Source: Anolis carolinensis
Taxonomy: Eukaryota
DNA: 64,000 nucleotides
NCBI RefSeq assembly: GCF_035594765.1
Contig: NC_085842.1
Coordinates: forward strand, 94,030,782-94,094,781
Direction: 5' to 3'
Shown in pieces: positions 36,546-47,659 of the stretch. Position 1 is the stretch's first letter; each line of letters starts with the position of its first letter. The position numbers and the translations under genes were made by a program. The notes under the pieces are model-generated. The model was not told the DNA's origin, made no database searches, and worked only from the letters and a program-made list of their open reading frames with translations.

Positions 36546-37946
36546 TTGGGTATTCTTTAGATATACATGGGGAAGTGCTCAAGGAAAAGTATCACATGAA
36601 ATGAACATTGGTACCACTGCTGTTGGAAAATATAGACATTGTTTTGTTGAAAAGAAGGGAGGTTGCCAAGAGGGATGCTGAAACTGTCCAACTATAGCTG
36701 TTAGGTCCTGTTTGTGACCCTGTGGTGGCAGCAAAAAATAGCAGAACACTGCCTGGATCCAATAAAGTGCCTATGTTTTAGATACTGTATGGCTGAGATT
36801 CTCAAATAAGATGCTCAGAACTAATCATTATTTCTCAAATGAGAATGTCTTCACTAGGTCAAGAATAACTATAAGAGCAATGACAAATCAAGATTAGTGC
36901 ATTCCTAAAATTCTTCACACAGTTTAATTTGTGTATTTAAAAAGATTTTATAGCTTGAAATTTATTTCCAGTTTCAAACAGTTTCTAGTTTCATCAATGC
37001 CCTTGACATGCTAATTTCCTAAATACAATAGCTAATTAGCCAAAGGTGCTGTTTTGTAGAAAACATATTGTTTTGTACAATCTTTTGAATACAATGATTG
37101 TAGATGTCACAAATTTCTATGTGAAACATGAGCTTTGTTTCAAGTGTACCGCATAATAAGATAATCCTCATATGAACACATTTTAAATATAAAAGCATAT
37201 AATGCATCTAATGTCTTTCGGTTTTTACAATCGGGAAACATTGTCTTCAGTCCAAACTTTATTACTGCCTTTTCTTATTCTCAGTGCCTTCCGCAATACA
37301 GATGTAAAAACTGCAAGGGGGGGATCAGAAAATGGGATAAGGTTAGCACTGGAGTTCCTGCCAAACAAGGACCCGAACAAAGAAATAATTGGGGGTTGAG
37401 GGGGAGAGGGTGTAATGAACATTTTAATTTTTTAAGGAAAGCATTCATTGCTTTTAAAAACAAGGACCAAGCAATCTCCAGCATGAACTGCAACAGAGAT
37501 CTTGTTTCTGCTTATTTCAATTGAGATGGCTCACAGAAGGGATGGGAACATCAGTAGCTTCTTCTCTGTCAGTCAATTGCAGAGGCTCTTGCCCAGCAAG
37601 TAAGAATTGAGGTGAATGTGTAACGCTATAAATAGGGTGTCTATGAATTTATAGCTTCCTAACAAAAATCTGGCAAATACCTTATTCATTCAAAACGTGA
37701 AAACAGAATATTTTAAAGTAATGTCTGTATATATTTCTCTATTGCAGATTAAACTTTTTTTTAAAATCCTGACATTTCTGCATTTCCAGGATTCTACAAT
37801 CTTTACGAAAGGACCTCTGCGAATCTTACATGCGTGTGAACTGATATTCGCTTCCTGATTGTAATCTCCAATGTAATTGAGCTATGTTGTTTTGGAGTGC
37901 CTTCAAATTATTTCTAACTCATGGCAACTCTAAAATAAACCTAGTA

Positions 37947-38387
37947 CCCTGTTTCCCCTAAAATAAGACATCCCCAGAAAATAAGACATTCCCCTAAAAT
38001 AAGACATCCCCTAGTAGAGGTTTTGCTGACTTGCTAAATATAAGGCCTCCCCCGAAAGTAAGACCAAGCAAAGTTTTTGTTTGGAAGCATGCCCATCAAA
38101 CAGAACTCCAGAGCATGCAGGATCGGTAAATGTACATACCATAGAGTGTTGTACATGGAAATAATGGTAGTAACAAGAAATTCTTGATAAGATTCACAGT
38201 TTGTCTGGTTATGCTGGCTTGTGATGACAACTACTGTACAGTATATAATAAATGTTCTTTTTTTTGTTCAACAATAAATGTGATTCTTATTCATGGAAAA
38301 ATAAGACATCTCCTGAAAATAAGACCTAGCGCATCTTTGGGAGCAAAAATTAATATAAGACACTGCCTTATTTTCGGGGAAACACGG
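37947..38387. mobile_element. Tigger/pogo-type MITE
   Basis: ta|CCCTGTTTCCCCTAAAATAAGAC ... CCTTATTTTCGGGGAAACACGG|ta, with subterminal AAAATAAGAC repeats. Confidence 0.88.
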
Positions 38388-38775
38388 TATAAGATTTTCT
38401 TGGCAAAATATGTTCAGAGAGGGTTTGTTCTTGCCTTACTATGAGGTAGTGTGACTTGTTCAAGGTCACTAGTAGATTCCCATGTCTGAGCAGGTATACA
38501 AACCCCGGTCTTCCAGTATCCAAATCTGACCTTCATAGAATCCTTGCGTTGGAAGACACTACAAGGACCATACAGCCCAACTATTCAAATCAGTATACCA
38601 TTTTGGTTCTCCATTTAGATATATCAAAAGCAAATAATGTGTGCCTTCCTTCTGGCACCTATCCTGTGGTCAACCATGCACACTGGGAGGCTTACAGTAG
38701 CATTCATTTTTCAGCACACTAATTTTAATAAGGAGTGTGCTTGAAATATATTAAATATGAAATATATTAAATATG

Positions 38776-39267
38776 AACCACTCTAACAACTATCATGTCA
38801 GATTACACAGAGAAGCCATTGAAATCCACAAGCATGTGGATACTTTCAACAGAAAGGAGGAAACAATGAAAATGAACAAAATCTGGCTCCCAGTATTAAA
38901 AAAAAAAACCTCCAAAATCAGAACAGTAAATAAGGAGCAACACTCTTAAAAACAGAGGAATTCCAGACATGAATCAATCAGGGGCAGCTAACGACTATGA
39001 ACAAAGGATTTTCCCAGGCAGAAAGAAGCCACGAGATGAAGTTATTCAATGCTAATTAAGGTGATTAATTTCAACATTCACACTGGCCTCCAACTGCCAA
39101 GAGTTCTTCTCCCACCCTGGACCTTCTACAGATATGTAAATCTTCCTTTCTTAGTTTTCCCATATACCTCACAACCTCTGAGGATGCCTGCCATAGATGT
39201 GGCCGAAATGTCAGGAGAGAATAGTTCTGGAACATGGCCATACAGCCTGGAATACACATAACAACTC
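38776..39267 (+). mobile_element. Penelope-like element 3' fragment (GIY-YIG C-terminus + pLTR)
   Basis: HSNNYHVRLHREAIEIHKHVDTFNRKEETMKMNKIWLPVL, then a pLTR with a hammerhead-like motif at 39175-39215. Confidence 0.85.
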
Positions 39268-40402
39268 TTATTAATTTTTAAACTGCCCCTCTTAAAAATC
39301 AAATTGCCCCCCTGTGGGGCATGTGCTCCACGTTAGGAACTTGGGATTTAGTGGAACTTATACTCAAAAGTCTTCTTCTAAGTAAAGATGTACAGGGTTA
39401 CCCTTAAAATATATGCAAAATTGATTTTTTTAAAATCACACACTAAGTCATCAACAATACTGTACTATGAAATGATTAAAACAGTACAGCCACCCTTCCA
39501 CATTTGCGAAGGGTTAGGGGCATAAAACCCCTGTGAAAGTGAAAACCCATAAAGAAAATGCTATTTTTACATGAGAAAATATATTGCTAGAAATTTTCAG
39601 TTCTTCCAACATTACTATGATCAACTTCTCCTGGAAGCTGATGAAATAACTGCACTGGAAGACCTAAAAATTTCTAGAGAAGTGTTCTCTCTAGAAATGA
39701 ATGGAAGACATTGACCACAGTGTCACTGAAGGACCTGGAGAAATTGTACTTCTCCATGCATTATGACTTGGAATTGTCTTTTCGAACAAATATTGCACGT
39801 CTATATACAAGAAAGGGAAACAATAGGAGTGGCTAGGCCACAGACAATATTCACACAAGCACACAATACCAGGACCAGGATGTATACTTCTTAGGGATAC
39901 CCTAGATGTATAAACAGGACGGACACACACATATACATAGTTGCCCATTGACTCTATGAATTTCAGAATAGTTTTCTTTGGCAAGGAATATTTAGAAATG
40001 TTTTTGCCATTTTTCTCCTCTAAAAATGGCCTACAGAACCCACTATTCCTTAGTAGTTTCCTATCCAAATATAGAAATTTGTCCTATTTATACACATACG
40101 CTGGAATAATCTGTTAAGGGGAGGGTATTCTATGTGTTTTAATGTGCTTTCAAGGTGCCTATCGGCCCAATGAATTCCATTCGGCTTTCCTAGGCAGAGA
40201 ATGAGGTGGTTTTCCCAGTTCCTTCCTCTGAAATATCGCCTAAGGCACCCAAGTATTAACCAGGCTTGGTTTCCTTCCCCCTTGCAACATGGAGGCTAGC
40301 AATTTCCCCCTCCTCCTCTCACCGAAGGATTCGCTGAACTGTATCCTCTGCAAATTCGATTTCCCCCCCCCCCTCCCCCGTTTCCCTTCTGATTCATTAA
40401 GC

Positions 40403-40570
40403 CAGGTATGGACCAATTTGGGCCCTCCTTCCAGGGGTTTTAGACTTCAACTCGCGCCATTCCGAACAGCCTCACGCTTAAGCGGCTGGGGGGGGGGGGG
40501 GGCGAGGCTGTTCGGAATGGCGGGAGTTGAAGTCCAAAACACCAGGAGGGCCCAAGTTTACCCATACCTA
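40403..40570. mobile_element. Hairpin hAT MITE in CNOT8 intron 1, next to the CpG island
   Basis: Long internal inverted repeat and perfect 8-bp TSD CATTAAGC (40395-40402, 40571-40578). Confidence 0.88.
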
Positions 40571-40599
40571 CATTAAGCGGACAGGCGCCTATTCTCACT

Positions 40600-41550
40600 T
40601 CTGAAGGGGGTTCGGGGCAGGACGGAAAAGCAAAATCCCGCCACCGAACAGGCTCGCTGTTTCTCTCCCTTCCTCTGGGCCACGTTATGAGGCGAAAGGG
40701 AGGGCGGGCAACCAGCCGAGGAGGCTTCGGGGTGAAAAGGCAGGCAACGAGCAGGAAATCCGGTCGGTCCGTCCCGCTCTTTTGCTCCCTCCCCGCCTGT
40801 GGAAACCATTACCGGAAGAAAACGGCGTGCGCCGGTCCGTCCTCGCTGTCGCGTCGCTGGAGTTTGGGGCTGAGCGAGGGAGGGGGGAACCGAGCAGCAG
40901 GCCGTTCTAGGCTACCTCCGTTCCATCACTCGGTGGTTCGATGTGGATATTTTTGCTGTCGCCTTTGTTTTGCTTCCTCCGCCGCCTCTTTCTCCACACG
41001 CATGCGTCCTGGAGAGCAGCAACGACCCTCCCAAGGTTGGGCACCGGAAACAAGCGAAGCGCACCCCCGTTTGCGCACGCGTCTCAGGAGGCGCTCCTCT
41101 TCCTATTGCGCATGCGTATGGAGCCGCCTCTAGGGACGCTCTTCTTACTGCGCACATGTTGAGCCGCCTCCAGGGACACTCTTCTTCCTACTGCGCATGC
41201 GTGTAGAGCCGCCTTAAGGGACGCTCTTTTTCCCACTGTGCATGCGTGTAGAGCCGCCTCAAGAGACGCTCTTCTTTCTACTATGCATGCGTTCTGGTGC
41301 AGCCTCAAGGGACGTTCTTCTTCCTACTGTCCATGCCTGTAGAGCCGTTTTAAGAGACGCTCGTCTTCCTACTGCGCATGCGTGTGGGGCTGCCTCAAGG
41401 TGTGCTCTCCTTCCTACTGCGCATGCTTTTCTGGCCTGACTGTGAAACTGGAGCAGTCTGCGCTTCGTGGTGAAACCAGGCTGAGAGGCGGCTCTGTGGG
41501 AGTGGCGACGGCGAAGGAGCCGGTTATCTCTGCCGAGGAACCCTTTTATA
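40600..41550. promoter_or_regulatory. CNOT8: CpG island / CNOT8 promoter and non-coding first exon(s)
   Basis: The only CpG-dense non-TE stretch, about 7.4 kb 5' of the first coding exon. Minus-strand donors CCG|GTAATG (40813) and GAG|GTAGCC (40916). ETS-like CCGGAA sites. Confidence 0.8.
41084..41428. repeat. 45-bp minisatellite, 8 copies, with NRF1-type motifs
   Basis: Consensus TCAAGGGACGCTCTTCTTCCTACTGCGCATGCGTGTAGAGCCGCC. Confidence 0.9.
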
Positions 41551-42237
41551 GCATTTCAAACTTCTTTCCTGGGTACTCTCTTAACTTGGGCATAATCTCT
41601 GAATGTTCAGAGTGAACTATGTGGGATTGGGCTGCCTGGGGTCTCATTCATAACCTGATTTTCGAGGAAGTAGCCCTGTTAGGCTCTTGCAGCATAACAA
41701 GGGGGAGAGAAGAAAGAAAGATGGCAAAATATTTCAGTAATTTTTATTTTGCGGGGCAGTTTTTTGTTATTTATTTAGATGAAGGGCGGAGTGATAATAA
41801 GCCAGATAATTTATTACTTGTATTGCAGCCAAAGGCGTGGGTTTATATCCCAGAGGAACGCTTGTGAAAATAAAAACTAGGCATAAAGGAGCTGTCGCAT
41901 ATCTTCCCCCCTTTTCTTCTTCCTTTTTTATCACTTTGTTCTCTGTGCTGGGTAGGAAACATGAGGACCATCAGAAATTGTTGGGCTGCTATAATTCCTA
42001 GCCTTTTGAAATACTCAATTGGGATTCATTCTCAATTACTTCCAAAGGTTTGTTGCAATCTGTACTAAATGGCATATCATTTTAAAAATAAAATAATTTG
42101 TTACTAGGTTAAAAGGATTTATAAAACTAGTCTGTGATTTGGGGGTAAATTACTTAAGGCAGAGCTTTCCAGACATTTTATGTTGGTGACACCCTTTTCA
42201 GACATGCAGCAATTTGCAACACAGTAATTTGGTTTTA

Positions 42238-42558
42238 CAGTAGAGTCTCACTTATCCAACATAAACGGGCCGGCAGAATGTTGGATAAGCGAATATGTTG
42301 GATAATAAGGAGGCATTAAGGAAAAGCCTATTAAACATCAAATTGGGTTATGATTATACAAATTAAGCATCAAAACATCATGTTATACAACAAATTTGAC
42401 AGAAAAAGTAGTTCAATACGCAGTAATGCTATGTAGTAATTACTGTATTTAAGAATTTAGCACCAAAATATCACAATATATTGAAAACATGGACTACAAA
42501 ACTGTGTTGGATAATCCAGAATGTTGGATAAGCGAGTGTTGGATAAGTGAGACTACTG
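42238..42558. mobile_element. Tc1/mariner-type MITE
   Basis: CAGTAGAGTCTCACTTATCCAA TIR and TA TSD. Possibly nested in an older hAT-like element at about 42160-43338. Confidence 0.88.
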
Positions 42559-42663
42559 TACTAGCAAACCGAAGATGAAACTAACCTGTTTAAGAAATAC
42601 AGACTGTTACATAAATTGTTATAACAAAATGTATGGAGACACAACATATCTCATTGAAACTAT

Positions 42664-42697
<34 letters not shown>

Positions 42698-42708
42698 TGC
42701 ACGCACAT

Positions 42709-43214
42709 GTTGTGAAAGGCTTTCATGGCCAGAATCACTGGGTTGCTGTGAGTTTTCCGGGATGTATGGCCATGTTCCAGAAGCTTTCTGACGTTTCGCC
42801 CACATCTATGGCAGGCATACTCACAGGTTGTGAGATCTGTTGGAAAATAAGCAAGTGGGAATTCTATATCTGTGGAATGTCCAGGGTGGGAAAAAGAATT
42901 CGGGTTTGCTTGAATTCCAGACATGAAACAATCAGGGGCAGCTAACACCTCCCAACAAAGGATTCCCCCAGGCAGGAAGCAGGCAGGCTTTGACACTGCA
43001 AGGCCATTCAGTGCTAATCCAGGTGGCCATTGCAACATTCACACCTGCCTCCAATAGACAAGCGTTCTTTCTCCCACATATATATAAACCCCATTTCCTA
43101 ATTTCCAACAGACTTCACAACCTCTGAGAATGCCTGCCATAGATGTGGGTGAAATGTCAGGAGAGAATGCTTCTAGATCATGGCAATACAACCCGGAAAA
43201 CTCACAGTAACCCA
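42709..43214. mobile_element. Penelope-like inverted pLTR pair
   Basis: 42709-42900 is the reverse complement of about 43060-43214. Both halves carry hammerhead-like motifs. Confidence 0.85.
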
Positions 43215-44903
43215 TATATTACATTATTTATTGTTACTTTCACGTAAACTCAGGGGTGTCTTGCTACATTTGTATGACACATCTATACTCTGAAACCAAC
43301 ATATTGATATGTCACAACATACAGTTTGGAAAGCTTTTAGGATTTAGTGCAGTGGCTCCCAATTTTGTTTGGATGAAAGGACAGTTGAAGTACTGAGGAA
43401 GAAATCACTAAGAAATAGTTAATAATAGTATGAATAATATGAAGATACCTCAGAACATTCGTGATTTATCAATGAAGAAGTATATGAAACTTCTTTGTGG
43501 GTCTCATTCTTTAATAATAACTGCTATAGAAATCCAAATACAAATGGCAAGTGTATATGAAATATCACATAAATTTTGGTCACAATTCCATAATAGTTAA
43601 TGCTACAGTTCTCCAACTTCACTAAAATTATGTTCCCAGGGCTTTTGTAACTTTTTGTTAGCAATTTAATGGCTTGTTTAGTATACTTTTGTAGTTGTAG
43701 AGTTAACTAGAGAGTGCTCCTGCACTCTCTAGCTTACTGTATGCTCTCCCCACTCCTCTCTATGAGCGGACTTTCCGCCTCTCTATTGTCAGTAACTGAC
43801 CACCATGTACATTCTGAATTTAATATTAAGAATATGTATGTCACAATTATTTATAAACCATGACACTTATAGAACCATAAAAATGCAAAAAAAAATCACT
43901 GTTTATAACTCATTCTCGAATAGCCCCCTTTAAAAATCAAATTGCCTCCCTGCGGGGCATGTACCTCATGCTGGGACTTAAGCCTAAACTGAACTCCACC
44001 AAAACATATATGCCCAAATATTATATTACTCTTATAATATTCTGCTGTGTTGGCAATTGCACCATAGAGATGTAGAAAGGAAATGAAGGATTAAATGAAA
44101 TTCTGGAAAGTGCACACTGTGTGGCCAGGCAAAGCACCAAGAAATTGTGCAAACTAGTATGCAGAAATAAATGTGTGTAGATTTACTTGCATATACTATG
44201 ATTTAGAATGGTAGGCTGCATCTACATTAGCAAAAACAGGGTTTTTTAATGTGGAAAACTACATTTTTCATAAGTAAATCGAACCACTTGAAAAAAACTG
44301 AAATACATTATTTTTCATTAGTGGTGAACATTGTGCTGGTGTGAAAGTACAGCTATACAGAAATTCAGAAAGGGCAAATTTGATGGAAAATGGTTGGAGT
44401 TGTGATCTTTGTTAACGTAATTCTCATTTTTTAAAAATATATGGACAAGTTTTCTGTTATTTTACATTATATTCCAAATACATTATATTCCAAAAGTTTC
44501 TGGCTGCTTGTTATTGTAAACCTTTATGTAATTTCCAGTTGAAGGCAGGAACATCACAGGATTTTCTTGGTTAGAAGAGATTTGCCATTGCCTTCTTCTG
44601 TGGTCAAAGAAATATGACTTGCCCTAGATCATCTCATGGTTTTCCATGGCTAAGTGAAAATTTGGGACCCTGGTCTCCTAAAGTTCACATTAGGAAAAAA
44701 AAAAATTCAAGGTTTCAACATTTCTTTGTAAAGTCAGCTTTCACTTTTGTCATTCAGAATAATTTAAAATGTCTGTGAATACCAACTACTCTGTTTATGT
44801 ATCTGTATAAGCAACTGCTGCTGTCACCCCATCCCATCTATTTCATGGCAATCACCCAATCTCTCTAAATTGTGGGTGTAATTCTGTCCGTCTTTCTGAA
44901 TTC

Positions 44904-45566
44904 TGGGTTGTTGTGCATTTTCCGGGCTATATCACCGTGTTCCAGAAGCATTCTCTCCTGATGTTTCGCCCACATCTATGGCAGGCATCCTCAGAGGTTG
45001 TGAGGTATATTGGAAAACTAAGCAAGGGAGGTTTATAAATCTCTGAAAGGTCCTGGGTAGGAGAAAGATCCAGGGTTGGAGGCCAGTATAAATGTGATTA
45101 ATCACCTTAATCAGCATTAATGGCCTTGCAAGCTTCATTCCTGCCTGGGGGAATCCTTTGTTCTAAGCTGTTAGCTGCCCCTGCTTGATTCATACCTGTA
45201 ATTCCTCTGTTTTCTGAGTGTTGTTCTTTATTTACTGTTCTGATTTTAGAGTTTAATACTGGTAGCCAGATTTTGTTCATTTTCATGATTTCCTCCTTTC
45301 TGTTGAAATTGTCTACATGTTTGTGGATTTCAATGGCTTCTCTGTGTAGTTATAGAAATGAATCTGAGGTGTTAGCTGCCCCTGATTGATTCATGAAATG
45401 AATCAATCGGGCAGCTAACAGCTCAGAACAAAGGATTCCCCCAGGCAGGAATGAAGCTTGCAAAGCCATTAAGGTGATTAATCACAACATTCACAGTGGC
45501 CCCCAACAGACAAGAGTTCTTTCTCCCACCCTGCACCTTTCAGAGATATACAAACCTCCCTTGCTT
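44904..45566. mobile_element. Penelope-like element: minus-strand 3' fragment plus inverted pLTR (continues at 47077-47145 after the BovB insertion)
   Basis: Reverse complement of 38800-39267, a fold-back junction at about 45370-45422, then a + strand pLTR. Confidence 0.85.
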
Positions 45567-47076
45567 GCTGCTGCTCAATCGCATAGTCGTTTCCGACTCT
45601 TCGTGACCTCATGGACCAGTCCACGCCATAGCTCCCTGTCGGCCGTCTCCGCCCCCAGTTCCTTCAAGGTCAAGCCAGTCACTTCAAGGATACCGTCCAT
45701 CCATCTCGCCTTTGGTTGGCCTCTCTTCCTTTTTCCTTCCATTTTCCCCAGCTTCGTGATCTTTTCCAAGCTTTCCTGTCTTCTCATGATGTGGCCAAAA
45801 TACTTCAACTTTGCCTCTAATATCCTTCCCTCCATTGAGCAGCCAGGCATTATTTCCTGGATGATGGACTGGTTGGATCTTCTTGTAGTGCAAGGCACTC
45901 TCAGGATTTTCCTCCAACACCAAAGTTCAAAAGCGTCTATCTTCCTTTGTTCAGCCTTCCTTATGGTCCAGCTCTCGCAACCATAAGTTGCTATGGGGAA
46001 TACCATTGCTTTGACTATGCGGACCTTCGTTGCGAGTGTGATGTCTCTGCTCTTCACTATTTTATCAAGATTGGCCATTGCTCTCCTCCCCAAGAAGTAA
46101 ATGTCTTCTGATTTCCTGGCTGCAGTCTGCATCTGCAGTGATCTTCGCGCCTAGAAATATAAAGTCTGTCACTGTCTCCACATTTTCTCCTTCTATTTGC
46201 CAGTTATCAATAGATGTAGTTGCCATGATCTTGGTTTTCTTGAAGTTTAACTGCAACCCAGTTTTTGCACTTTCTTCTTTCACTTTGGTGATAAGGCTCC
46301 TCAGCTCTTCCTCACTTTCGGCTATCAGAGTGGTATCATCTGCATACCTAAGGTTGTTAATGTTGCTTCCAGCAATTTTAACTCCGGCCTTGGATTCCTC
46401 AAGCCCTGCACGTCGCATGATGCGTACAATTTAAATAGGTAGGGTGAAAGTATGCAGCCCTGCAGTACTCCTTTCCCAATCTTGAATCAGTCTGTTGTTC
46501 CGTGATCTGTTCTTACTGTGGCTGCTTGGTCTTTATACAGATTTCTCAGGAGACAGACAAGGTGACTTAGTATCCCCATACCACCAAGAACATGCCATAG
46601 TTTATTATGATCCACACAGTCGAAGGCTTTAGAATAGTCAATAAAGCAGAAGTAGATGTTTTTCTGAAACTCCCTGACTTCCTCCATTATCCAACGGATA
46701 TTGGCAATTTGGTCTCTTGTTCCTCTGCCTTTTCTGAACCCAGCTTGTACATCTGTCAACTCTCGCTCCATGTATTGCTGGAGTCTGCCTTGCAGGATCT
46801 TGAGCATTACCTTACTGGCATGGGAAATAAGTGCCACTGTACGGAAGTTTGAACATTCTTTAGCATTTCTCTTTTTGGTATGGGGATGTAAATTGATTTT
46901 TTTTCCCAATCTGATGGCCAATTTCCATATTTGCTGGCATATGGCATGCATCAACTTGACAGCATCACCTTCCAAGATTTTAAACAACTCAGCTGGGATC
47001 CTGTCGTCTCCTGCTGCCTTGTTATTAGCAATGCTTCATAAGGCCCATTCAACCTCACTCCTCAGGATGTCTGGTT
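45567..47076 (-). mobile_element. RTE-BovB LINE, 5'-truncated and frameshifted
   Basis: ALISHASKVMLKILQ, QAGFRKGRGTRDQIANIRWI, FIDYSKAFDCVDH, NLRYADDTTL, YGCESWT..KIDAFELWCWR. (GCA)n tail and 11-bp TSD CTCCCTTGCTT (45556-45566, 47077-47087). Confidence 0.95.
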
Positions 47077-47527
47077 CTCCCTTGCTTAGTTTTTCAATAT
47101 ACAGTACCTCACAACCTCTGAGGATGCCTGCCATAGATGTGCGCGAGGATAACAATGGGAAGGGCAGTTTAAACAGATTGAAATTTAAAGACACAGAAGC
47201 AGCAGAATGAAGAAAATAGATATTGCTGATCTGCACTCCATACACCCACTTCCTTCTTCTGCCTGCCATCATTTCAGATCCTGCTGTTTGGCTGACCATT
47301 GTCCTCCCTTGAAACATTCTTAATAATATTAACATTCATGCTGAGAACCTCCTCCTCCTGAATTTCTCTTTTGGGCTGACTTTTCAGGCTACAGTGGAAT
47401 ATGGCGGATCCAATGTCTGTATAGTGGTTAATCCAACTGGGGTTTAATCCACAATTTTAAAGGAACTGTCCAAGCTGCTGAATCTTTCACGAGGTGGGGT
47501 TCTGTGTCTCGGATGGTTCCTTCAAAG

Positions 47528-47659
47528 CAGTGATTCTCAACCTGAGTCCCCAGGTGTTTTGGCCTACAGCTCCCAGAATCCCAGCCAATTTACCAGCTGT
47601 TAGAATTTCTGGGAGTTGAAGGCCAAAACATCTGGGGACCCACAGGTTGAGAACCACTG
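47528..47659. mobile_element. Hairpin hAT MITE
   Basis: TIR CAGTG(A/G)TTCTCAACCTG. TSD CTTCAAAG/CTTTAAAG (7/8 match). Confidence 0.85.

Noticed and set aside
40573-41615. Several overlapping ORFs in the CpG island
   Set aside because: Expected from high GC content and a 45-bp (multiple of 3) repeat. No protein family signature.
39285-43980. Similar ~60-bp sequences (cccc..ttaaaaatcaaattgcc..ggggcatgt) on both sides of the CNOT8 promoter, at about 39285 and 43922
   Set aside because: They look like ends of the same old DNA-transposon family in the same orientation. There is no evidence that they bound a single element or a regulatory domain.
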